Below are positions 43,806-58,336 of a stretch of DNA of 64,000 nucleotides, piece after piece. The notes under the pieces were generated by a model. It was not told the origin of the DNA, searched no databases, and saw only the letters and a program-made list of their open reading frames with translations. Made by a program: the position numbers and the translations under genes. The DNA comes from Chrysomallon squamiferum (taxonomy: Eukaryota > Animalia > Mollusca). Location: the NCBI GenBank assembly GCA_012295275.1, contig CM022678.1:5580001-5644000 (forward strand), read 5' to 3'. The first letter of the stretch is position 1. Every line of letters starts with the position of its first letter.

Positions 43806-43855
<50 letters not shown>

Positions 43856-44184
43856 AAAGAGAAAATGTTTAAACAGTGAACAGAAACTCCTATACTGAAA
43901 CAAGGAAGGTTCCCGTGGGGTATTTTTCATTTTTTCATGAATGATTCTTATCGTACATGTTGAAATATTATTTGATATCTTAACACAGTGCGCAGCGGGA
44001 CACGAAATCTTGAGCAATATAAACATTCTGCTGATCAGTATTACTGTGACAGTAATCAATGACTTTCACGTAAAACAGAAAACACTGGATGATATATACT
44101 GTTAAACTGTCAATATCAAATACTGTTTTTTTTTTATTTATAGTTTTTTGGCAAAAAAATCTCGCGAACATACACGCAAAAACA

Positions 44185-44243
<59 letters not shown>

Positions 44244-45280
44244 GTACACACGATGTCGTGATGTAGGGATGTAAGTATGTAATATACGTGTATGTATATA
44301 TGTGTGTATGTATGTATGTATGTATGTATATATATATATATATATGTGTGTGTGAGTATATATATATGTGTGTGTGTGTAAGTACGTACGTACGCAAGTT
44401 TTGTTTGTATGTGTTTTATATTGCTGAGTTCGTACATGCGTACGTAGGAATGTAATTATGTGTATATATATGTATATATATATAGGTGTGTAAGTATGCG
44501 TGTCCTTCCCGTGTATCCTTCCCGAGCCGAGAGGTCTGGGACACGTTGGATCTAAATTAACTTCACAACAACCGACAATAGTGAGCCTATGACTGCCCGA
44601 GTGTTCTCCGCTCAGAAACACAACGACAGTTTACAATACCAGGCTTGTTGCGTCCGCCCGCCCGATAAGAAATAAATATAAAAAAACAGTTTCGCTGTTT
44701 CTCGTGATGTTTAATTGATCTCCGTGTCAGGCGCGCTACACTTTGCGAAAACAAATGTTGCATTTGTTTTCCCCGCCGCGAAACAAAAACAAACATGGCG
44801 CCTGTTTGCGTTGCGTTTTTTTCATCCTGACGGGCCACTTCTCGACTACAGCGCCATCTGTTCTGTGTCAAAGAGGCGTAACTCTAAACTCTCCGAGCAG
44901 ACCGCGGTCCAGCACGCTTGCCCGTTAACAAACGGGTGTCTTGTTCTAGCGAGAGAGAGAGGTCGGGCCAGGCGAGGTTGATGGATTCCCGTTTGATCGG
45001 GCTCCTGTCTTCTGTCTCGCTGCAGACGTTTTCGGCTGTTCCCAGTGCTTGGGAAGATGTTGTGAACGTCGTGATGTATTTGTGTGTATGCTACGAAACT
45101 CGCACGATCAACAAACCGACAGGTCCCTTTTTTTTTTTTTTTTCCCAAAGTGTTAAGAGGAAACCTAGAGGTTGTTGTTGTTCATTGGTAGGTGAATGTG
45201 TGAATGTGTGTGTGTGTGTGTATGTATGTGTGTATGTTTAGATATATAGATACATATGTTTAGATATATAGATACAGGGT

Positions 45281-45332
<52 letters not shown>

Positions 45333-46463
45333 AAGATAGACACACAGATAGATAACTATAACAAATCATCCTAAGTCGTTAACAAATACTCAGACAGACA
45401 CGCATACACACACACACACGCACACGCACATAGAAACATGCTCACCGACATGGATATATAATTAAAATAAATCTAATTATTAAATTCTTTATGTTTTGTT
45501 TCGGAATGCTGATGGCACCATACATGATAATGAGGGTAATAACTGGTGATGATGATGATGATGATGATGATGATGGTGGTGGTTATAATAATCAAAACGG
45601 CAATGGTGATGATAAAATCAACGATGACAACGTAATGGTCATCATCATTACACGTGTTTCTTTAAAATACTTTATTATTACTACTATTACTATTATTATT
45701 ATTGTTGTTGTTGTTGTTGATGCTGTTGTTCTAGTTATTTATTATTGTTATTATATTATTGTTGTTATCGTCGTCATCGACATCTAATCTTTTATACTGT
45801 CAACTTCAATTTTATTATTATTATTATTATTATTAATCCAAATTTTCAGATCATTGATTGGCGTGAATAAGAATATAAATTATAACATTTAGAAAATAAA
45901 AACATCCTTCTTAATTTTACCAGACATATTGGTTTGTTTTAGAATGTGTGAGTACGTGCATGTATATCTGTGTGTGTGTTGTGCGAATATGTGTATATGT
46001 GTGTGTGGCTTTGTGCATGAATGTGGTGCGTGTGTGTGTGTTTGTTTTGCGTGCGAGTATGTGCGCCCATTTTTCTGTCTATGAGTGTGTATATGTTTGT
46101 TTTCAGTCCCCTTTACCTTAATTATTCTGGTACATGAAAAATGACAATACATTTTAGTGCTATTATCGTCATGGAGATCACTGAAACCGTAATACTGGTT
46201 TTTATTTTTTTCATAAAATCTAAGCAAGACATCATGTTATCAGAATCAAAATAGAAATATCATCATCGTCATCATCATCATCATCATCATCATCATAAAA
46301 TCAGTTATAGCAAATAAGCCTGCATGTTACGTGTGGTGCCACCTACATTAACACAAAACAAAAACAGATATGCCACCATTTAACGAACAGATACTTAAAT
46401 AACTTTACGCGAGATTTCTATTTTTTTTTTTAGTTTCACTGTTGACCTCTGACCCGACATGTG

Positions 46464-46479
46464 TGCTGCCACCTGGTGG
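46464..46479 (-). promoter_or_regulatory. CTCF-like motif CCACCAGGTGGCAGCA
   Basis: Fits the CTCF core consensus CCASYAGRKGGCR. Motif match only. Confidence 0.5.
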
Positions 46480-46505
46480 AGGTCCACGTCGTCAACGTCG
46501 TCGAG

Positions 46506-46574
46506 TTCGCTGACCTGAGAGTAGGGGGGAGAAGTGTGTCAACTGTGCTGCCATTTCCACTGTGGCGTAGAGAC
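46506..46574 (+). other. Intronic inverted copy of part of the GATA N-finger exon (exon-complementary sequence)
   Basis: The plus strand ttcgctgacctg...agtgtgtcaactgtgctgccatttccactgtggcgtagagac matches the sense sequence of exon segment 48243-48175, in exact blocks of 12, 15, 8 and 14 nt. Confidence 0.9.
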
Positions 46575-47204
46575 CGGAAGTGACGTCGTGTGTTGATGAC
46601 AGGTGGCACCACACACACAACAGACAGCGAGCAGCAGTGAATATTGGAACAAAATAAAAATCATACGAGTTATCGGACTTCGGCATCGAGAAACTGGCAT
46701 TGTTCTCTCCCTTGTTTGCTATTTCCCTATTTATTTATTTATTTATTTATTTTATTTTATTTTATTTTATTTATTTTTTAAATTAATTTATTTTATTTTA
46801 TTTATATACGTACAGTTCCCAACAGTATTTAAAATATCGTACAGGTATTAAGTTTTCAAACTATTAGTCGTATGCAATTCTAAATTCTTTTGATCCATAT
46901 TATCTTAAAAGCAAGAACACATGGATCAAAAGAGTCCAGAACAAAACACTAGGTCTTTAGAAAACAATATAAACACTTAAAACTTAATTCATTTTTACTT
47001 ATTTACTTACTTACTTACTGAATTACTGAATTACTTACGTATTTACTTACTTTACATACTTACTTACTTATTTATTTACTTATTTATTTATTTACTTATT
47101 TATTTATTTATTTATTTAAAATAATTTTCCAGATAAGGAAAGATCAAATTAGAAAATCAGACATCAATTTCTCTTCAGTGAATAGACTCGTATCGTATAA
47201 CGAT

Positions 47205-47292
47205 CCGATTACGGCCGAAATCAACCGAAATCAACCGATATTAACCGATATCAGCCGACATCAGCAGACATCGACCGATATAATCCGAAACG
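47205..47292. repeat. 10-bp degenerate tandem repeat (ccgaaatcaa-like)
   Basis: ccgaaatcaa ccgaaatcaa ccgatattaa ccgatatcag ccgacatcag cagacatcga ccgatataat. Confidence 0.8.
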
Positions 47293-48003
47293 TCTCTCTG
47301 ACCCGTCTAAAGATTTTTGAACAATGCCAGTTCCTTGAATGCGAGATAAAATTACTTAAAGACTGTATTGTGTTGAATAACTGACTGAGTTTCCTATGTA
47401 GACTTGGCTAATTAGTAACATGTGTTAGACCTTGGATATTTATTAGAAACATAATCCAAATATAACTAGTGGAGTGAATGAAATTACGAGGGCAGGAGAT
47501 AAACATTTTATAAGGCGGTGGCTGTGATGACGTGACTTGGATCGTGTGAATATAAGGTGGCGGGGACTGCGGGAGGGGTGGGCGTGGCGCTAGGTTGGGT
47601 GAGTTACTGGTAGGGTAATGGTTTAAGTGATGAAATGAAATAATTTAAATAATTCAATTATTAATAAAATTACGTTTTGAAATTTGAATCTTTGTAAATA
47701 TAGGTGTTTGTTTTTTTGTTGTTGTTTTTTTTATCGGATAGAGAGAAAAAGACAAAAAAAATAAATAATAAAACCTAAGAGAAACAGAGACAGATAGACT
47801 GACAGACAGACAGACAGACAGAGAGTCAGAGATTATACAGATAGACGGAAAGACAGAAAGATCTCTAAACAGACTATAACGTTTGCAGTATAATTAAGAC
47901 ACCTGAATCGAAGGAAACTCAGTCAATATATATATATTCTAAATTCTACTCATCTTTAAGAATTTTTTTAATTCTTTTCTTTATTCCTAATTTAATTCTT
48001 CTA

Positions 48004-48303
<300 letters not shown>

Positions 48304-48591
48304 TCAGCTAAAAATAGCCACATTATGGCTTTTTTGTTTGTTTGTCTCCCTTTCGGCTATAAATAGCCGTCATTATGGCTTCGTTTGTTTGTTGGTTGGT
48401 TTTATTTTATTTTGTTTTTTGTTTTGTTTTCTTTTGTTTTACTTTATATATTTAAATGACTATATTTTTATTTATTTTTTTATGTTGTGGTTGTCATTGT
48501 TGTTGATGTTGATGATGTAACTGATTATTACTGTTGAATTAAGTACTATATCAGATGTGTAAATAAATAAATAATTAAATAACGAATTATA

Positions 48592-48631
<40 letters not shown>

Positions 48632-49478
48632 CATTATAATTAATAAATAGAAACAGTGAACAGTGATCAAGGATCAAGCTATTATTTTCTTAGAAACAAA
48701 GAAAGAAACAAAAAATTAATGAAGAGAAAAAAAAAAGTTAAGAATTCAAAAAAATAAAAATAAAAATAAAAATAAAATAAAAAAATACAAGAAAGAAAAC
48801 ACAAAATATAAAGAGAGAAAAGAATTTCTTTGATGTCGATGCATTAAAAATTGCACGTGTTCGCGAAACCTGTGTTTAGTAGGACCGACCGGCGCGTTTT
48901 ATTTTCGTGTATGCCCGCCACAAACCTATCAGTTCCGCGTTTTACAGCACACCACGCCGTCTGTAACTCAGCCAAATGCAAGTACGCGTCATCGACAGAA
49001 CGCAGTTTAATTGGACAATTAAAATTAACGTAACTACGGAGGCGACCCTAATGGGGGAGGTTATCAAATCGGGGACTCGTTAATTACGCCGAAGCACCGT
49101 TCTCGGTCCTCGGTCACGGTCGCTGCTAGAACCGAGGCTCCCTGAATTCCCGCAACTGACCGCTCTGGAGCTGGGCGGGACCGAAATGTGAGAGTGCTGC
49201 GCCAATTAAGGGAGAAATTATTGCCTGGAGATGCCAAAGGTGTTGGCTGTTTCATTCCTGCGATGTCAGAAGGACGTTTTTATATGCACTTTTGCCGAAA
49301 TAACGAGAAGGTTTCACGATTAGAGAGAGAAAAAAATGTCAAGAGTACAGAATGTTATAGCCGTGATTTTTTTTTTGTTTTTTATTTGTTTGTTTGTTTG
49401 TTTGTTTGTTTGTTTGTTTGTTCACTTTGGTCGCTGGTATTTTGTTTACTTCGTTTATTTACTTTGTTTATTAATCGA

Positions 49479-49514
<36 letters not shown>

Positions 49515-49558
49515 TTAATTTTCTTTTTTCTTTCCTTTTTTTTCTATGTTTCTTTTTT

Positions 49559-49590
<32 letters not shown>

Positions 49591-49925
49591 TATTAATATT
49601 GATTAACTACTACATCAAATAATACATCAGTGCTTATATATTTTAAAACGTTTATATTATACACCTAAAACATCAATAACCATAAATAAATAAATAAATA
49701 AATAATAACGGTGATGATGATAATGATATGATGTTACTGATAATGTTGTTGATTACTACTACTACTACTACTATTACTATTACAATAATAATAATAATAA
49801 ACCAATAACAATAAAAAAATAACAACAACAATAAAATAATATAATAATATAATAATAATAATAAAATAACAATAATAATAATAAAAATAATAAAAAAAAT
49901 AATAATAATAATAATTTTAAAAAAT

Positions 49926-49999
<74 letters not shown>

Positions 50000-51259
50000 A
50001 CAATTACAAACTTAAGTGTATCTAAGAAATCAAATCACTTACTGCAGTGATTACATTTAATCTATTACGATTTCTATAAAAGCCACTTAAAGGTTTTGAT
50101 GTGAGCCGGATAAATAATGGTTATTAAAAACCACTCAAACAATGGCACGGTCGAAACCTTTACTTTCCGACGCCATAACCGTCTCAAATAAATTATTAAA
50201 ACATTTTAATAGTCCGCGCTAAATTGTATTGTTTCCCCACACACTGGCGCGCCGGTCCGAGTTCGTTGTCCGGTTTGGAAAACAATCAATTACAATTTCG
50301 TCTTTGACTGGTACTCCAAAGTGCTTATACACTGAAAACAACCCCCCAAAAAAAAAGAAAACGCGGAACAATAACGAATGACCGGTGGTATAGAAGAAAT
50401 AAAAAAAAGAAGAAAAGAACGGAAGATATATGTATCAATATGAAGTTATGTGTTTACAAATGTTCGAGTCAATCCGTGGAAACGTTTTAATTTACAACTT
50501 CTACAAGTCGCGGTATCCACGCAGTGAAAAATGAGGCGTTTCAATCTTAGCAACCCCAGGGGTCAGATAAATCTGGCCCCCCGAGCCCCGTAACGATCTG
50601 TTACCAGCGTTGGAGGGGGGGGAAACGACCGCGACAAAATATTGACTTAACACGAAAAGCACACAAAACTGTAACAAGAAATTGTGACGTGCGGTCCTCG
50701 GATACCCCGGTATGTGCCGCAAACGGACCGTTCTTTTTTTTTTTTTTTTCGTTTTCAACATTGTGATTCTCTCATGCTCCATGGAAAAATCATGGCCGGA
50801 GTGAAAAATGAAAGATTTTTTTAAAACAACCGCGGCCTAGAGAGCTATTAGAAAATCTCGAAATATTTGCGTCTCCAAGGCCGAAAATCGTAAAACTTAA
50901 ATAATTTGAATGTTAAGGCTTTTATCAGAACAAAAAAAAATACTCGAGGATTCCTAGGAAAGTAACACCTTGGAGTACGTGTTTTGACCAAAGTGTGTAT
51001 TAAACACATGCAATACACAACGTATTGTTACGACCTCGGAGATATGAGGGATTTAATACAACAGATTGTATATCTAACCTATCTAGATAAACGTGTGTAA
51101 GAGATATTTATGGTCGAGGAAAAAACAATTTGTTGTCGCACAACAAGATGGTTGTTTTAATCTGGGAGTGGCTTGTTTGTGAATGAAACGGAAAAAGAGG
51201 CGAGTAAGATGATGGCTACTATTATTAAGGATACAGTGTGTGTGTGTGTGTGTGTGTGT

Positions 51260-51465
<206 letters not shown>

Positions 51466-51921
51466 CTTTCTCCTTCTATGGTTGCAATTAAAATAAAAAA
51501 AAATCGTACTTCATAACGTTAAGATACACAGAGAATTTTTACAAATTGTATTTAACATTACATATCATTGGTAACATACATTTTTATTTATTCATTCATT
51601 CATTCATCCATTCATTCATTCATTTATTTATTTATTTATAAATCTGCATTCATATACCGCGTTCCATGCTGAGGTATAATAAAATAGTCAGTGGTTTATC
51701 ACATATACTTTGTATCAACATCACTATGAATGTACACGGTGTATACTGGTGTGTATTGTCAAGTGATTATACAGTATATCATATAACGTTTTTTAAATAG
51801 GCTTTATAACGCAATGCATTAAAAAGATCACTAAAACAATACTAATTGATATTGTCCTTCCAAAAAGCGTATTTACACAAGTGCCCTAATTGTTCCCCTA
51901 AATTGAGTAGTGGTGGTAGTT

Positions 51922-51968
<47 letters not shown>

Positions 51969-53263
51969 TGAATTATAAATAGCAATGATGGTGATTATAC
52001 GAATAAGAAGAAAATGATATTGATAACATTAAAAAATATATTTTTTAAATTACTGCATATATAGTTATCGCCTTGAATAAAAGCGAAAATAACAGTTTAT
52101 AAATCTGCATTCAAATAAATAAATAAATAATGAAAGAAAGAAAGAAAGAAAGAAAGACAGAAAAAAACCTATAAAACATTTAAAATTTTTAATTATAATA
52201 ACCGTTACAGATACAAGAACTACATCCTGGGGCTAATCTTTTCAAAAACCAGCAAGACATTTTTTTTTTTACAAACACTTCACCATACACAATAAATCAT
52301 ATAAACCAAAGAGCTCTGAACGGAACGGGAAAACACTAGCAAGTGGATCAACATGAATCATTTTCTCTCTTCATCATAAATATTATACAACCGCTCTAAC
52401 CAACGGGCTATACATTCAGGCCGGTGCAACTAACAATTAAAATTTTATAACCGGGCAATAATATCCCGTGGTCACCATATTGCACATCGTAGCGTTGTTT
52501 TAGGTTGGTTACCCTCGTTTGTTTGTGTATTCTGCTGGTATTGCGTCGTGCCGGACAGTGTTTATACAATAAAGTGCCGCAATAATGACCGTCCGTAATT
52601 GACGTGTCAAACAAAATGGCGTCTTAATTAAAAACGACACGGGCGTTAATTTATCTAAATTACCTTGAATTACTGCGTGCCAGTTCACCAGTGTTTAGTA
52701 TTGCTAGCGTTTTGACACACGATTGAAGACTGTTGTTCGTTAATGAACTGAAATTTTTGGTTTTTATTTTTGTTAGATCGCCCGTTTAGAAGTTTTCGCA
52801 ATACTTATTAATGTCATAGGTGACTTTTAATAAACTACTTGGAAAGAACTTGTTGTCAGTTTAAGTATGAAAAGACACTGTAATGTTTGTTTGTTTATTT
52901 TTTGTTTGTTTATTTATTTATTTATGCTAATTTACTTACTTAATTGATTACTTACTTTTATTATCTATATTTATACTTATTTCATTTTCTTTTTTTTTTT
53001 TCAGTCTGATTTAATTCATTTATTATAAATGCAATTTTTGTGCTGTTAATAATAATAAATAATAATAATAATAATAATAATAGCAGTAATAAAAATAGCG
53101 TCAGATTGTTGTGACGTCATATCATTATGACGTCGTCAATATATGTATTTTTGCCTTACTAAGGATTTACGAAACAGTTAAAGAAAGGAAATTATTCTAG
53201 ATTTTTATTTTGGAAGACTAGCTTATTAAAGTAAGTATTACAATCGCCGTAACTACAGAAACA

Positions 53264-53329
<66 letters not shown>

Positions 53330-54677
53330 TTCAGATGGGAATTTTAATTATTTTGAATTTAATAAAAATAATTTAAAATTACATATTTTTCAAATGAAAC
53401 AAAAAAAAAAGTACAAAACTATCCCTTCCTTCCTCCTTTGTTCTTCTCCTTTCCTCCCCCTCCCATCCCCCCCTCTTCTTTTACCCAAAGTGTGAAACGC
53501 ATAAACAATCGAAAGCGAAATGAACAAACAGGACGTCAACAAGCCCAGCCATATATCTTTCTTCCCCGAAACGAAACTGACGTGAAGATCGCATGAACTT
53601 CGCAAAGAGAGAGAGAGAGAGAGAGAGAGAAGTGCCTCTAAAGTTTGACCCTAAAAATCCATCTAATAAAAAAAAAAAAAAAAAAAAAAAGCGTCGTAAA
53701 CATGACCGCCTCTTGTGTCAGAGCCGTTCGTTACGACAGGCGTTAAGATTTCCGTCAGTCTTTTGTCAGGTCTCACTTGCGATGTGTCAACAGAATCGTA
53801 ACGTTTTTACGACATCTCCGAGTGCGTTTGCTTTCGTGCCGTTTTTACCCCGACCACGTCGTCTGTTGCCTGTCGTCGTCATACGCGAAGAGTGAGTGTG
53901 ACGTCAAGAGGTGATAAAAATTTCAAAAATATTTTTATCCCGGTGTGTAAATTAGTGTATGTCACTCTTACGTAATATTTAATAAATATGGGGTCGTTGT
54001 ATGATCGTGTGATTTTTATTAAATGAAATACGTGGAATGATTAGTATTTCATATATATATATATAAATTTTTATTTATTTTTTTCTTAATCGCTATCATA
54101 TATTATTCTGAGCATTAAATTATTATATTTCGTAATATATATTTATTTTTATTTATTTATTTATTAGTATTATTATTATTACTATTATTATTACTATTAT
54201 TATTATTACTATTATTATTATTATTATCATCATCATCATTATTATTATTTTAAATATTCAAATTTATTCTCATTGTCACTCATATACAGTACAAATTCAG
54301 TATAAAAAACACTGTAGTAATTTAATCTCTGAAATCAAGTCCACATCGCTATTCGAACACAGTGACCCACAATATTAAATTTCTCAATTCTATTTCAAGG
54401 CCAAGACGTCACCAGAAATCATTAACATATGACACATACAGACACACACACACAAACACACGTCTGCATAACGTCTACACATAGACACATATGTATGTAC
54501 ATAATATGTATGTGCGTGTATTATTTTTGCCACCACTACGTAAAAACATTTATCTGTCATTTGATAAATAACTGTATCGGTTTGTAATAATTACGTTAAT
54601 TTATCAATTAATTTAAATTTATACTCATACTTAATCACACATAAATTCTAATTTAAATATTAGTTTATCTAAATAAC

Positions 54678-54708
<31 letters not shown>

Positions 54709-54859
54709 CCGTATTCGTGTGATAACTTGCAAGCATATTACCATGAAATATATAACCACAAGACTATGAAATTATACAGTCTTACAACTGCGAAAATACT
54801 GCTTTACGACTATTAAAATATAATTTTTACGGATATGAAATTTAATTGGCCGACAGTAA

Positions 54860-55206
54860 AATATACACCAATACGACTATGAAATATACAACAATATGAC
54901 CATGAAATATACAACAAAATGACTATGAAATGTACGCTAATACGACCATGAAGTATAGAACATTATGACTATGAAATGTGCAACAATATAACTATGAAAT
55001 ATACAACAATATGACTATGAAATATACACCAATACGACTATGAAATCTAGAACACTATGACTATGAAATCTACAACAATACGACTATGAAATATACAACC
55101 ATATAACCATGAAATATACAACCAATACCGACTATGAAATATACAACAACATGACTGTGAAATAAACAACCAATACGACCGTGAAATATAAACAACAATA
55201 CCACTA

Positions 55207-55210
<4 letters not shown>
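54860..55210. repeat. ~23-bp minisatellite (gactatgaaatatacaacaatat)n followed by a long poly-T tract
   Basis: gactatgaaa recurs with a ~23-bp period (e.g. 55036, 55059). The T-run spans about 55212-55266. Confidence 0.88.
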
Positions 55211-55266
<56 letters not shown>

Positions 55267-55602
55267 CTCGGTATGAAATCTAACCACCGCTCTGCGACCG
55301 CGAAACAAACAAACATACACACACACACACACGACCACGTGGCTTGTAATGAATCCCGTAGTCTGCTAACAGGCGTGTTTGATCGTGTATGTCATCTGTG
55401 CGTGTTTTTAATTAACGCCCGTGAAAGCGATGCTGATAACAAACATGCTGGAAACAGGATTTTCGCCTTCGCCTTCTTCCTCCGAGGTGAATAAAACTAA
55501 TGAAATACTCCGGCAATTGGCAGAGAGCATGTGTAAAATAAAATTAGAGGCATGTTCGGCCTAATTAGAGCTATTAAAGTGATTATTTTATTGGGCAGAA
55601 AG

Positions 55603-55639
<37 letters not shown>

Positions 55640-55702
55640 TTGTGGGAAGATGTTATTTGAAAGATGGTCAAAGAAAAATGGAGTTTAAAGGAAATGTTGA
55701 AA

Positions 55703-55750
<48 letters not shown>

Positions 55751-55950
55751 TAATTAATTAATTAACTAATTAATTAATAAAAATAATATAACCTTAAAAA
55801 CAACAATTAGCAACAGATGAATAAAATAAATTATTTTAAATTTCTTATAAGAGTTATATAAATAAACTGATAACAGTCATAGTTCATTTAAAAATAAATT
55901 AATAAATAAATGATGATGACAATGATGATGACAGTAACATTAACAATAAA

Positions 55951-55989
<39 letters not shown>

Positions 55990-56206
55990 TTTGAAAGTTT
56001 ATACAGTAAGTAATATCAAAATTTCATTTGAATACGAGTATTAATTAATTTTAGTATTTTTACCTGTTAAGGATATTATAATTCTATTTTAAACATTAGC
56101 AAATCAATAAAAAATGTGGTCGATTTCTAATGAATTATAATTATTTAATTGGAAGAGTAAACATTTATTATTTTTCAGATACTATACGAATACATGATTG
56201 AATTCA

Positions 56207-56284
<78 letters not shown>

Positions 56285-56792
56285 AGTAGTATCATTATTA
56301 TTAATATTACTACTAATACTACAAAGCATTCTTTTTTTTAAATATATATATATATTTTTATTGCTATTAAAATTATACTTATTCCTTTTAATATAAATAT
56401 ATTTCCCATTTTCCCTCAAAAGTTCATATAGGGAGTATGTTATACGTATCATAAACTGAACTAGAAAACACATGAATATTTTACTTTACAAAACTAAAAT
56501 ACACATTACTTTCTCACACTTATTACCAAATCAGCATATTTTAAAAAACGAAAAATACTGTTATGGATTGTGCATAGGAAATTGATTACTCTTTAACTGC
56601 TCGAAAATTAACGGGCCGTTATAAACTCTGTTCAACATCAATCGTGCAATTATTCCTGGAACAACAAACAATAGGCCGAAGTGTTTTATGTTCATGACAA
56701 AATGTGTTTTTGTTGTAAATATGTTTGCATTTAAATTTAGAAAACAAAGAAGCAGGAATGCAGAGGTCAAAATAGTTAAAATGTAATCTACA

Positions 56793-56891
<99 letters not shown>

Positions 56892-57171
56892 TATTTTGAT
56901 AGCAAAGAAAACAATCAGGTTAAAAATCCTATGAATCATTGACATTTTAGTAACATTTCTTTAACATGATAAACCTTTACTGAAATATATATATATATAT
57001 ATATGAAGAATGACCTCTGGAGGTCAGAATCGCTGTAATGTAGCTATTATTTCTTACAATACGTTATCAAGAAATGCAGATCGGCTAAGAACGGAGTTAG
57101 AACCGTTAGAATGTAATTGACATTTTTTTTCTTTATCCCCCTTCCAATCGTTAAGCCACAAGTGTTTATTT

Positions 57172-57233
<62 letters not shown>

Positions 57234-57412
57234 CGAGTCAATTTCATTTCCAGATGTGAGAGCGACAACTGCTCGCGCTCAACGAAATAAGAGACTGGGG
57301 GAACCGGGTTATTTTTCAATTTCTTGAAATGAAGCCATTCCGTTATTAACACTGTATCAGATTCCTAACACATGTGTTTGTGGTTTTTCTCCTTTTTAAA
57401 AAAAAAAAAATA

Positions 57413-57443
<31 letters not shown>

Positions 57444-57516
57444 TATAGAAAGAGAAAGAAAGAGAGAGAGAGAAAGAGAATGAAAAATGAGAGTCCGTAA
57501 TAGTTAAACAGAAATA

Positions 57517-57585
<69 letters not shown>

Positions 57586-58278
57586 AATTAAACTTTTTTT
57601 TTAAATAAAATTAAAATTAAAATAAACAACAACATATGAGACAGAAGAAGAAGAAGGATAGGTCATATAATAAAGAAATAAATAATAAAATATACAAAAA
57701 AAAAAAATTAAAATAAAAATTAAAAAAGAAAAAGTAACTACAGGTCGCGCGGACTTGAACGTAGTAAACAATAAAATAAAAAAAATAAAATAAAAAAAAA
57801 AAAAAAATATAAAGAAAACGTACGCTGGGAAAAATTCGGCCCCGTGACATGTCAAATGAATTTCATGAAATTTACACGCTTTTTAATTGGACGTTCGCTG
57901 TAAGTTACGAGCTCACACCGCCGTCCCAGCCTCGGGTTCAGACGGCGTCGTGTACATTTCACGTCTTCGAGCGGCGGGAACATAACCGCGAGAATGCGCG
58001 TGCTCAGCCAGAGTGGTAATTGGTAAATCTGATAAAACGCGGACGGTGGATTTAGCATCGCGTTCTGCGCGCATGTCGAAACACGCAACAACAGCAGAAC
58101 GAAAACTTTTGTTTACGAAAAATGGAGAACCTGTTTTTGTTTGTTTTAGATAACGGTATTGTTGGTAGGATCAAAAGGTTGACGAAACAGGGGAAAACAA
58201 ATTTGGAGAAGAGAGAAGAGAGAAGAGATTGGAAATGGAAATGGTTTTGGATGATTTGAAATGGAAATAAAAAAAATA

Positions 58279-58336
<58 letters not shown>

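Noticed and set aside
44587-45148. Alternative coding first exon for a single-finger GATA isoform
   Set aside because: The ORFs show no recognisable motif, and the only donor-like site I noticed (~44639) would be phase 1, incompatible with the phase-0 C-finger exon.
46436-46686. Inverted N-finger copy as a duplicated or mutually exclusive coding exon
   Set aside because: It is in the wrong orientation for the gene, carries indels that break the frame, covers only half the finger and lacks suitable splice sites.
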